Positions 47,164-55,526 of a stretch of DNA of 64,000 nt are shown here, piece by piece. A program made the translations under genes and the position numbers. The notes under the pieces are model-generated. The model saw nothing but the letters and a program-made list of their open reading frames with translations. It was not told the origin of the DNA and ran no database searches. The DNA is taken from contig JAHEYN010000011.1 of the NCBI GenBank assembly GCA_023251555.1, positions 1,503-65,502 on the forward strand, given 5' to 3'. This stretch comes from Bacteroidota bacterium (GTDB lineage Bacteria > Bacteroidota > Bacteroidia > AKYH767-A > JAHEYN01). How positions within the stretch are numbered: position 1 is the stretch's first letter; the number at the start of each line of letters is the position of its first letter.

Positions 47164-47806
47164 ACTTCCCTGAGGCCTCAAGGCTTTTAAGCGTATTATT
47201 CCCTTTGTTAAATAAGAGGTCAACGATGCTCAGGTTGGGAATGAACCCGCTGCTGCCCCCGAACACCTGCCGGTAAGGAACAGGAGAGAAAAAAATATTT
47301 TCTTTCGGATTTTCTTTTTTGGGGTGCATTCCCTCCCTCCAGTCCGCTGTGGTCTCATCGTATGAAGCTACATAAGAATCCGTAAACGTTATTTCAGCGG
47401 GGATACCTGAAAACTTCAGGATAAGAAAAAGCAAATCAGTATTAAAGTCAAGGAGAAAATCATATTTTTTCCGGTAGTGTATCGCGAAATCATCTTCATA
47501 ATATTCGAAAAAAGGAGATGACCTGTAGGCGGCCTCCAGGGATTTCCAGTGAATTTTCTGCCATTGAGAATCATTTGCAATTCTTAGATCTTTTATCGGC
47601 TGTTTTTGTTTTCTTCCATGCTTTACCGGAATAACGAGGGGAAGAACCCTGTTGGGAGATGCGATATAGCACCGGTTACGGTACGTCTGTTTCCGGAAAT
47701 GCTCATGCTTCTCAATAAGAATTTTTTTGTGCTGAATCCACTTGCAGAAATATTCGACGGGCGGGAGATAAAAGGACGGAAGCAAAGCAGTGCCGGCCGG
47801 TTCCAT
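47144..47806 (-). CDS. WbqC-family protein
   Basis: LLPSFYLPPVEYFCKW...YRNRCYI is typical of WbqC. It sits downstream of lepB, as in many Bacteroidota. Confidence 0.75.
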   Translation of the reverse strand: MEPAGTALLPSFYLPPVEYFCKWIQHKKILIEKHEHFRKQTYRNRCYIASPNRVLPLVIPVKHGRKQKQPIKDLRIANDSQWQKIHWKSLEAAYRSSPFFEYYEDDFAIHYRKKYDFLLDFNTDLLFLILKFSGIPAEITFTDSYVASYDETTADWREGMHPKKENPKENIFFSPVPYRQVFGGSSGFIPNLSIVDLLFNKGNNTLKSLEASGKFREDSL

Positions 47807-47824
47807 TTACGGCAGTATAATAGC

Positions 47825-49069
47825 TTAATGGATAAACCGGAACAAGCGGTTCCACCTGATTTTGTTCAGGAGGTTTGCGTTACCATCCCACGACATCCAT
47901 ATAAAGACTGCTTTTCCGACAATATGATCTTCCGGGACAAAGCCCCAGTAGCGGGAATCAGCAGAGTTATGCCTGTTGTCGCCCATCATCCAGTAATAGT
48001 TCATTTTAAAAGTATAGGACGTTGATTCCTTCCCATTGATGAAAATCTTCCCGTCTTTTTCTTCTAAGCTGTTGTGTTCGTATGTGTTGATAGCCCTCCG
48101 GTAAATGGAGATGTTGCTGCTGTCAAGGGGCATGTTCATCCCTGCCCGGGGAATCACAACAGGTCCGTAATTATCAAGGTTCCACCTGTTTTTAGGATCC
48201 TGGGGAAAAAGGTTGTTGTCGTAAAAGTCTGAAGGGCGGCACATGAGCTGCACCTCGCTGACGTTATTGAAGGACTTCATTTTTTCAGCATTCTCCTTCG
48301 TAAGAAAAAAGCCGAACTGTCCGGGCACTCCGGCGGCTCCTCCTTCGGTGATACCCATACCCTGAAGTATCACAGGGTTCAGGCTGCTGCCGTCGGTTTT
48401 AACTCCATAGAAGAATTCGGATTTTTCAGGTGTAGGCTGTGTCTTGCCATTGATATATACCTGTGTGTTTCTTATAATCAGCGTGTCGCCCGGGATCCCT
48501 ATACAGCGCTTGATGTAATTTTCCTGTTTATCCACCGGGCGGAAATCTTCCATGGGATAGTTGAAAACAACCACGTCCCTGTTCTTGATTTTGTCAAAGC
48601 CGGGCAGGCGGAAATAGGGGAGCTTAATCCACTCAAGGTAGGACTTCGTGTCCTTGGTAAGCGGAAGGGTGTGGTGTGCAAAAGGAAATGCGAGGGGTGT
48701 AATAGGAGTGCGCGGGCCGTAATTGACCTTGCTGACAAAAAGAAAATCTCCCACGAGAAGTGATTTTTCCATGGAAGATGTGGGTATTGTGAAAGCCTCT
48801 ATGATGAAAGTCCGGATGATGGTGGCAGCCACTACGGCAAAGACAATGGCATCAACCCACTCTCTGTTCTTTGACTTCTTTTTTGAGTTGTCAACAGTGA
48901 GGTAATAAACAACGATCAGTGTTTGCCCTATGAGGAAAAGGGATGCGGTAGGGATGATTCCTCCGCCGGCCGGAACAAGCATCATAAGGAAAAAGATAAT
49001 GTTCATCCCGGAAAGGATAAAAAACCATGTCTTTTGCCGTTTGTTCAGTTTGCCAAGAAGTTTTTTCAT
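47825..49069 (-). CDS. lepB: Signal peptidase I
   Basis: S26 motifs IPTSSMEKSLLVGD (catalytic Ser), KRCIGIPGD (Lys) and GDNRHNSADSRYWGFVP. Confidence 0.9.
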   Translation of the reverse strand: MKKLLGKLNKRQKTWFFILSGMNIIFFLMMLVPAGGGIIPTASLFLIGQTLIVVYYLTVDNSKKKSKNREWVDAIVFAVVAATIIRTFIIEAFTIPTSSMEKSLLVGDFLFVSKVNYGPRTPITPLAFPFAHHTLPLTKDTKSYLEWIKLPYFRLPGFDKIKNRDVVVFNYPMEDFRPVDKQENYIKRCIGIPGDTLIIRNTQVYINGKTQPTPEKSEFFYGVKTDGSSLNPVILQGMGITEGGAAGVPGQFGFFLTKENAEKMKSFNNVSEVQLMCRPSDFYDNNLFPQDPKNRWNLDNYGPVVIPRAGMNMPLDSSNISIYRRAINTYEHNSLEEKDGKIFINGKESTSYTFKMNYYWMMGDNRHNSADSRYWGFVPEDHIVGKAVFIWMSWDGNANLLNKIRWNRLFRFIH

Positions 49070-49400
49070 ATAGTAGAGTTTATACCGAGTAAGTCATTAA
49101 TAAAGGTGTTAAGAAATAGAATTCATCCTGTTGTATGATTCATTGGCTAATGTGGTTTAATATATTCAAATATACAGAAACGTACGTGGTTATTCAAGAC
49201 GTTAACCGGTCTTGGGTAACAAGAGTTTTTGCCAGTCTTTTCAAAGGTATTGGAAGCGCGCAACCGCAGGCAGATATACACGGAAAGCAATCCGCGGAAG
49301 CGACTTGCCAAATCCAAGAGAAGATAATAGACCTCTTGCGTAAAAGCATTTTATCAACGCAACCCATTTAATCAATATTTTTTTGAATTATGTAAGAGGT

Positions 49401-51695
49401 CTAATGTTCCCTCTCCTGATATTTTATAATCACCAGCTTACCTTCTGTTATTCTCTGGTTACCCGCAACCACCTGGTAAAGATAAACACCATTTTCAATG
49501 TTTGATTCTGAAATTGTTAATATATTCTTTCCTTCTTTCATGGGATAACTCAACACTTTCCTTCCGGTAATATCATAGACTTCAAATGTTGCTTTCTGAT
49601 TATCAGCAAGCGAATAATCCACCTGCATTGCACCGTTATTCGGGTTCGGATAAACTTTTACATTGTTTTCCCTTGCAGTTGTTTCTTGCGGTGCTTGCTT
49701 CTGTTTCGGATTCCCTAATCTCAAGTCATTTGCAGTTACAGTGCATTGAGCGTATTTGACAGTGGAAATATCATATTCATTTTGAGTAATTCCCCCTCCA
49801 AAACTTGCCCCCGATACATATACATTTCCACTGGGACTAATAGCGATCGAGGTAGATTCATCATATCCATTCAATGAATCATTATATTGCATTACCCACT
49901 CTTGACCACCCATGTTGTTATATTTGATAGTAGTGTAATCAAAATTATCACCGTTTACCTGGCTTGCACCTGTAACGTAAATATTTCCTGAAGTATCTAT
50001 GCCTATGGCATTTGCCCAGTCTTCTCCATTGGAAGCCCCATTGAATCTGACCACCCATCGCTCTGTTCCTGTTCCATCATAGCTGATAGTAATAATATCC
50101 TGATTCTGCACCCCTTCACTATATCCTGTCACATAGATATTACCCGTTTTGTCTGCCACTAATGAAGTTGCCCAGTCTGTTGAATTTCCGGTTCCGTTAT
50201 AGGTATTAACCCATTGCAGAATTCCCTGAGCATTATATTTTATGGTGATATAATCATAGCTGCCCGCTGAACTCCACGCTGAACCGCATACAAAAATATC
50301 CATTGATCCGTCAATAATCATATCTGTTGCAAGAAACTGACTATGGTTATTATCCTTGTATCTTAGTGTCCTTACTGTATTTCCCAGAGAGTCGTACTTG
50401 ACAGTCACAATTTCACTATTAGCCGAAGCTCCATTATAATCACTTATTCCGGTTACATAGATATATCCCAGTGTATCCGTTGCAATGGAAATACCCGTAT
50501 CGTCACGATGTAAGGAGTCATCATAATTTGCCGCCCATTGCAATACGCCTTGTGAATTATACTTCAGGGTAGTAAGATCATAATTGAACTGAGGAGTACC
50601 GTTAGCAGAAAAACCGGTAACATATACATTTCCTTTGTTATCAGTAATAACAGACCTCCCTCCATTGATATTTCCATTTCCAGGATACCCTCTCTGGTAA
50701 TTTACAACCCAATTTATATTTCCTGAGGAATCGAGTTTTATGGTTGTAAGGTCCATTTCCAGCATTGAAGGAGTATAGATTACGGATGCATTCCCTGTTA
50801 CATACACATTGCCTTGTGTGTCAACGATAATTGCATAAGGAATATCCATAAAATGTCCGGGACCATCATATTGCCGGGACCATTTTAAGATACCGTCACG
50901 GTTATATTTTAATATTATATAATCAGTAAATCCGCTTACCGCATCTCGTATATAACCGGCTACATATACATTTCCATATATGTCAATGGCTGTTACGCCT
51001 GCATCTAATGAATCTGTGTTGTTAAATTTTTGAGCCCATTGTTGGGTTACATTGACAAGTGTCAGAGAAAGAGGACTTTGATTTATCCAGTTGTCAATGG
51101 TTTGTGTAGTGGTATCCTCCAAAGCAAAACCACTTTTAGTTGCAAAACCAAATCGGGCATTAGTATCCAATGCTAAAACCTGATTGTCCATAAATTTAAA
51201 CGAACCATCCGAAGCAGTCACAGCCGGACTTATACTATTTAGTATATTCATATTCACATCTACTATCACAATAGTATCGCCTTCAACCGGGCTGCCTCCG
51301 CATTGAAAATTATCGTAAAGGAATCCACGTATTCTTGAACAGGAATCAACTGTAACAGTAACACATCTTGTCACTCTGCATCCTTTACCGCAAGTTACGG
51401 TTACACAGTAACTGCCGGAAGTTTTCACCTTTAAACATGAGGAAAACGCAATGACTGTTGTATCCGTATCTTTTTTCCAATTGAACGTATACGGTGCTGT
51501 ACAACCAGAACAAACATCTGCACACAAGGTTACCGAATCTCCCAAACAAAAATTCAAAGGTCCGCCCGGACTTATCTGAACAATTGGATTTGCTGTCGCA
51601 TTAATATTAAAGAAAATAACAGCAAAAAATAATTCCGAAAATCCTCTACAAACATTTTGAATATTATTTAAAACAAAGTGTTGAATTGTTTTCAT
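49401..51695 (-). CDS. SBBP/beta-propeller repeat protein with a T9SS type A C-terminal sorting domain
   Basis: More than 8 repeats of G..YVTG.s......DY.T.KY...G...W. The C-terminus reads VKVYPNPNNGAMQVDY...FEVYDITGRKV...GVYLYQVVAGNQRITEGKLVIIK. Confidence 0.8.
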   Translation of the reverse strand: MKTIQHFVLNNIQNVCRGFSELFFAVIFFNINATANPIVQISPGGPLNFCLGDSVTLCADVCSGCTAPYTFNWKKDTDTTVIAFSSCLKVKTSGSYCVTVTCGKGCRVTRCVTVTVDSCSRIRGFLYDNFQCGGSPVEGDTIVIVDVNMNILNSISPAVTASDGSFKFMDNQVLALDTNARFGFATKSGFALEDTTTQTIDNWINQSPLSLTLVNVTQQWAQKFNNTDSLDAGVTAIDIYGNVYVAGYIRDAVSGFTDYIILKYNRDGILKWSRQYDGPGHFMDIPYAIIVDTQGNVYVTGNASVIYTPSMLEMDLTTIKLDSSGNINWVVNYQRGYPGNGNINGGRSVITDNKGNVYVTGFSANGTPQFNYDLTTLKYNSQGVLQWAANYDDSLHRDDTGISIATDTLGYIYVTGISDYNGASANSEIVTVKYDSLGNTVRTLRYKDNNHSQFLATDMIIDGSMDIFVCGSAWSSAGSYDYITIKYNAQGILQWVNTYNGTGNSTDWATSLVADKTGNIYVTGYSEGVQNQDIITISYDGTGTERWVVRFNGASNGEDWANAIGIDTSGNIYVTGASQVNGDNFDYTTIKYNNMGGQEWVMQYNDSLNGYDESTSIAISPSGNVYVSGASFGGGITQNEYDISTVKYAQCTVTANDLRLGNPKQKQAPQETTARENNVKVYPNPNNGAMQVDYSLADNQKATFEVYDITGRKVLSYPMKEGKNILTISESNIENGVYLYQVVAGNQRITEGKLVIIKYQEREH

Positions 51696-51741
51696 TTTTT
51701 CGTAGCTTTTTTATTCTGCAATAAGATGTACATGTTTTTTC

Positions 51742-52464
51742 TTAAAATGCATACCCAATTGTCATTCCAACCCTAAAGCCGAATACTGTTCCGTTTTGCA
51801 TTACATCGTAGCTATTGTTATACGGGCTTTCTTTTGGACTTGCAAATTTTTTTATAAAAAGATTTTCATTAAGATTACTATCAAAATAATTTCTATGGAT
51901 AACAGTATTTTTAATTTGAGGTCCCATAAACCATTCAAAAGAAAACCCATCTTTACTAACAGCTTGATATCCAAAAAGTAATCCCGTACTAAGTTCTTGC
52001 GAAATTCCGGTATGAGAAAAATCGGGCCCCCAAATAAGGTCTTTAAAATTATGGTGTAGATACTTATATCTGACAAATGAAGACATGTAATACCCTCTAT
52101 AAATTTTATCTTTATAAATATTTTTTTTTAAATTATAACGCATTTCGGGAATAACAAGAAACCCTTTTAATTCATCTCTAATATCAGGATAACCGCCACC
52201 GGAAATAGAAAGAGATTGTTCGAATCGAGAAGGAACTTCGTGTATGATATTAACATACCCTGCTATAAAATTTATAGAGAAATGTTTGCTAAGTATTCTT
52301 TCATATCCAAAAGTAAAATTGGCTCCGAAAAATCCCAGTACATTATTTTTTATAATATTTCGTTTCATATTAAATGAATCTGTTTGTGCTTCTTGAGCAT
52401 TTACAGACAAACACATGAAACAAATAATTAATATTAGATTTATTTTTATTAAAAAAATTTTCAT
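51742..52464 (-). CDS. Predicted outer-membrane beta-barrel protein (island family, single domain)
   Basis: Signal peptide MKIFLIKINLILIICFMCLSVNAQ. Has FTFGYERILSKHFSINF and the terminal GMTIGYAF aromatic OMP signature. Confidence 0.6.
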   Translation of the reverse strand: MKIFLIKINLILIICFMCLSVNAQEAQTDSFNMKRNIIKNNVLGFFGANFTFGYERILSKHFSINFIAGYVNIIHEVPSRFEQSLSISGGGYPDIRDELKGFLVIPEMRYNLKKNIYKDKIYRGYYMSSFVRYKYLHHNFKDLIWGPDFSHTGISQELSTGLLFGYQAVSKDGFSFEWFMGPQIKNTVIHRNYFDSNLNENLFIKKFASPKESPYNNSYDVMQNGTVFGFRVGMTIGYAF

Positions 52465-52530
52465 GTCCTGTAAGCTTCCCTATTCATAGTGCCAATGGTT
52501 CAAAAGTATTTAATTGTTTTGCATAAATCA

Positions 52531-53844
52531 TTAAAAGGCATATCCAATGTTTAATCCCGAAATCAGCCAATACTTATAAAATTTTTCTCCTCTATTTGAT
52601 ACACTGAATTTATTATTCAATCCATTATCATCAGCCAATGGGCTCTTATACATTCGTGTTAGGGTATTATCATTATAGATCGGACCAATATAGAAATCTA
52701 TTAAAAAATTGTTTTTTATTAATGACTGATAACCTATTGCAAACCCAATACTTTTCTGATGAACTTTTTCTTCATAATCATATTTAATATTACTTGGAAT
52801 AGTGTCTATATCTGTGAAAACATAATCAATATAACGATAACGATAAATCGGACTCAAATAAATTCCTATAGGAAATGGCTTGTGTGAAAGGGTTAAATAC
52901 CAACGCAAAGAAGGGGAAACATTATATCCTTTTTTAAATCCGCTACTTTCACTCGTTATACTGTCAGGATGGCTACCACTAAATTCTTGGTTAATAAATT
53001 TATTCATTAGAAAAAAGTAGAAATAACCAGCAGATAATTGAATTGAAAATCTATTTCCTAAAAACTGCTCATAGCTTAATCTCATATTTCCAATAGGAAA
53101 TCCAATCCCGGTTTTTAATAAATATTTTTTTTCTGAAGGTAAGATTGTTTTACAAACATCTCTCCAGTTAAAAGCATATCCGATAGTTATGCCCGCTCTA
53201 AAAGCAGTTGATGCTTTGTTTGTCAATACAGCATTACCATATTTCTGAATTAACAACGATTCAGTTGCATGTGAATCTATAAATTTTCTGTCTATATTAT
53301 TTTCTCTAAAAAAAACACCACCATATAAATCAAAAGTAAAACCATGTTCCATAATTATTTGATAACCTAAAGTCATTCCGCCACCTATTTCTGTTGAGGT
53401 GGCTATGTTAGAACAATCAATGGAATCTTGTACATAGGCATAATTTAAAGCACTAACCTTGAAATCCTGTTTAACTTTCTTATACTTGAAAAATGGAGCT
53501 AAGTATAATCCTGACGGTATTCTATTCTTATGTGGAAAAGGATAATATCGCAACTCTGATACAAAAGCATATCCATTTACTCTTCTATAAGAAATAATAT
53601 TGGGAAAAAATTCTCCGCCCCTCCAAGAAAAATCATAATAAGGCTCAGTACGCACGTACTTTGCATTATAAGTTAAAGAAAAATGTTCATTAATAACTCT
53701 CTCATAAGTTAACCCCGGTCCATTTGACTTAAAGACATCTCTTATAATAATCGAAGAATCAGTTTGAGCAAATATTTTTTTATACCCCAAAGAGAAGAAA
53801 ATTAATATTGAAATTTTAAATATGAAAGCTATTTTTAGGTGCAT
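52531..53844 (-). CDS. Tandem fusion of two barrel-family domains
   Basis: It contains two complete units. The first ends ...RAGITIGYAF at mid-protein and the second ends ...GLNIGYAF at the C-terminus. Each begins with an xTYER/SYEQ motif. Confidence 0.6.
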   Translation of the reverse strand: MHLKIAFIFKISILIFFSLGYKKIFAQTDSSIIIRDVFKSNGPGLTYERVINEHFSLTYNAKYVRTEPYYDFSWRGGEFFPNIISYRRVNGYAFVSELRYYPFPHKNRIPSGLYLAPFFKYKKVKQDFKVSALNYAYVQDSIDCSNIATSTEIGGGMTLGYQIIMEHGFTFDLYGGVFFRENNIDRKFIDSHATESLLIQKYGNAVLTNKASTAFRAGITIGYAFNWRDVCKTILPSEKKYLLKTGIGFPIGNMRLSYEQFLGNRFSIQLSAGYFYFFLMNKFINQEFSGSHPDSITSESSGFKKGYNVSPSLRWYLTLSHKPFPIGIYLSPIYRYRYIDYVFTDIDTIPSNIKYDYEEKVHQKSIGFAIGYQSLIKNNFLIDFYIGPIYNDNTLTRMYKSPLADDNGLNNKFSVSNRGEKFYKYWLISGLNIGYAF

Positions 53845-53851
53845 GATAAAA

Positions 53852-54208
53852 TTATTTCAAAAGATATTTATACACATAATCTTCTTCTCCCATTGTATCA
53901 AAATCCTTCAGGCGGTGATAGGTTCTTTTCCATACCCCAAAAGTATATGCTTCTTTCTTTTTAAGTGGCCAAAAGCGAAAGGTTATAGTAATAGGAATTC
54001 CTTCAATATCTTCTTTCATTAAATTTTTCATCTTATTATTTACAAGTCCTTTTGCATAAACATCCGTATTTGTAATTACCCTTTCTTCTTCCATATTGTC
54101 TTCAAAAGAGCCATTTTGATCAGATGTTGGCTTGTAATTACTTGGAAAAAGTGGGTCGTTATACGGTCCTGTAGCTGTGTGGAATAAATCATTTCTCCAA
54201 CTAAGCAT
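53852..54208 (-). CDS. Standalone homologue of the last ~115 aa of the 955-aa protein (intact ORF, possibly a gene remnant)
   Basis: EEERVITNTDVYAKGLVNNKMKNLMKEDIEGIPITITFRFWPLKKKEAYTFGVWKRTYHRLKDFDTMGEEDYVYKYLLK aligns colinearly to the C-terminus of ORF 55527-58394. Confidence 0.55.
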   Translation of the reverse strand: MLSWRNDLFHTATGPYNDPLFPSNYKPTSDQNGSFEDNMEEERVITNTDVYAKGLVNNKMKNLMKEDIEGIPITITFRFWPLKKKEAYTFGVWKRTYHRLKDFDTMGEEDYVYKYLLK

Positions 54209-54238
54209 GTCTTTAAAATTTTCGGAGAAATATTTTTA

Positions 54239-54682
54239 TTAGCAGTGATGTATATCTCCTAATGCCGGTCCGTATATTTTAAGCAACCAAATAAAGAATA
54301 TTAAAGCACTATTGGATAAACAACCCCAACCTGCATATTGAGTTTCTTTTTTGTCATTAGTTACAATAGCCGCAATAATTAATCCAGGCACACTCAAACA
54401 TGCTCCCCAAAAAAATGATGGAATGCCTAATGGAGGTGTATTTACAGAATCTAAATTCTGAAAATTATTTGTATCTATATTTATCAGAAGTTCTTTGTCA
54501 TTTTTCTGTATTTGAGATAGAGCGACATCTCCGTATTGATTCACAAAATTTTCCAATTGATTTAATTTTTCAATTTTTTTTAGAATTACATTTTCATCCA
54601 ACTGAAATAACTGAGCATTCCCAGCCATTAATAAATGGCAACTAAAAACGCCAGTAAAAAAAACAAATAATAAATTTTTCAT
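54239..54682 (-). CDS. Small membrane protein (signal peptide plus two C-terminal TM helices)
   Basis: MKNLLFVFFTGVFSCHLLMA..., with hydrophobic segments IPSFFWGACLSVPGLIIAAIV and LSNSALIFFIWLL. No recognisable family. Confidence 0.5.
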   Translation of the reverse strand: MKNLLFVFFTGVFSCHLLMAGNAQLFQLDENVILKKIEKLNQLENFVNQYGDVALSQIQKNDKELLINIDTNNFQNLDSVNTPPLGIPSFFWGACLSVPGLIIAAIVTNDKKETQYAGWGCLSNSALIFFIWLLKIYGPALGDIHHC

Positions 54683-54785
54683 TTTAATATATATTTATAA
54701 ACATAATCTTCTTCGCCCATAGTGTCAAAACCCTTGAGGCGGTGATAAGTTCTTTTCCATATCCAGTAGGTGTATGTTTTTTTTC
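54679..54785 (-). pseudogene. Start-less relic of the 955-aa gene's 3' end
   Basis: The minus strand reads KKTYTYWIWKRTYHRLKGFDTMGEEDYVYKYILK then TGA. It is wedged directly after the stop of barrel gene 54786-55517 in another frame, and no start codon precedes it. Confidence 0.7.
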
Positions 54786-55517
54786 TTAAAATGCATATCC
54801 AATTGTCATACCTGCTCTGATTCCAAATTGCTTTACGTTTTGCATAATATATTCACTTCTATATTCAAATTTTCCTATTAAAAGTGTATCGTTGGCGTCA
54901 CTGTTAAGATATGTTCTATTAATAACAATTTGTTTAAGTTGAGGTCCAATAAACCACTCAAAAGCAAATCCTTTTTTACTTATAGATTGAAATCCGAAAG
55001 TAAGCCCTGTGCTAAGTTCTGATGAAATGCCATTATAAGAACAATTGACGGTATCTCCAGACGGAGGACCTAAAAAGTTATTTTTTTGATATAAAATTTT
55101 ATCTTCAAAATCGTGTTTAAGATTTTTATATCTAATATGTGAAGCAATGTAATATCCGCGAGGAAGTTTGTTCTTATTACTTTTAAAGTAAAAGCGAACT
55201 TCGGGAATAATGACATAACCTTGTAAATAATCAGTAAAACCAACCCCTGCATGCAGGATTAGTATTGACTGAGCAAATCTTGATGGCGCCCAATGTGTAA
55301 AGTTGATATACCCTGCTAATAAATTTATTGAAATATTTTTATTGATTATTCTTTCATATCCAAATGTAAAATTTCCTTCTGCTAATCCTAATATATTGGA
55401 TTTTATGATATTTTGTTTTGGACTTAATGAATCTGTTTGTGCTTCCTGAGCATTTATATGCAGACACATGAAACAAATAATTAATATCAAATTTATTTTT
55501 ATAAAAAATGTTTTCAT
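54786..55517 (-). CDS. Predicted outer-membrane beta-barrel protein (island family, single domain)
   Basis: The signal peptide MKTFFIKINLILIICFMCLHINAQEAQTDS is nearly identical to that of ORF 51742-52464. Terminal GMTIGYAF. Confidence 0.6.
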   Translation of the reverse strand: MKTFFIKINLILIICFMCLHINAQEAQTDSLSPKQNIIKSNILGLAEGNFTFGYERIINKNISINLLAGYINFTHWAPSRFAQSILILHAGVGFTDYLQGYVIIPEVRFYFKSNKNKLPRGYYIASHIRYKNLKHDFEDKILYQKNNFLGPPSGDTVNCSYNGISSELSTGLTFGFQSISKKGFAFEWFIGPQLKQIVINRTYLNSDANDTLLIGKFEYRSEYIMQNVKQFGIRAGMTIGYAF

Positions 55518-55526
55518 CTTGACTAT

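Noticed and set aside
49252-49275. A possible fifth, degenerate copy of the intergenic repeat at the left border of island 2
   Set aside because: Only the CCGC-N-GGCAGA core and a GCG prefix match. It lacks the TAATCC and GGGTTAATACC arms, which is too weak to call without a statistical alignment.
49135-49371. A 78-aa ORF in the 330-nt gap between lepB and the SBBP gene
   Set aside because: It has no signal peptide, motif or promoter box, its composition is odd, and it lies in a probable island-border spacer. An AGACCTCTT...AAGAGGTCT inverted repeat (about 49339-49401) is present but has a ~55-nt loop, so I did not call it a terminator.
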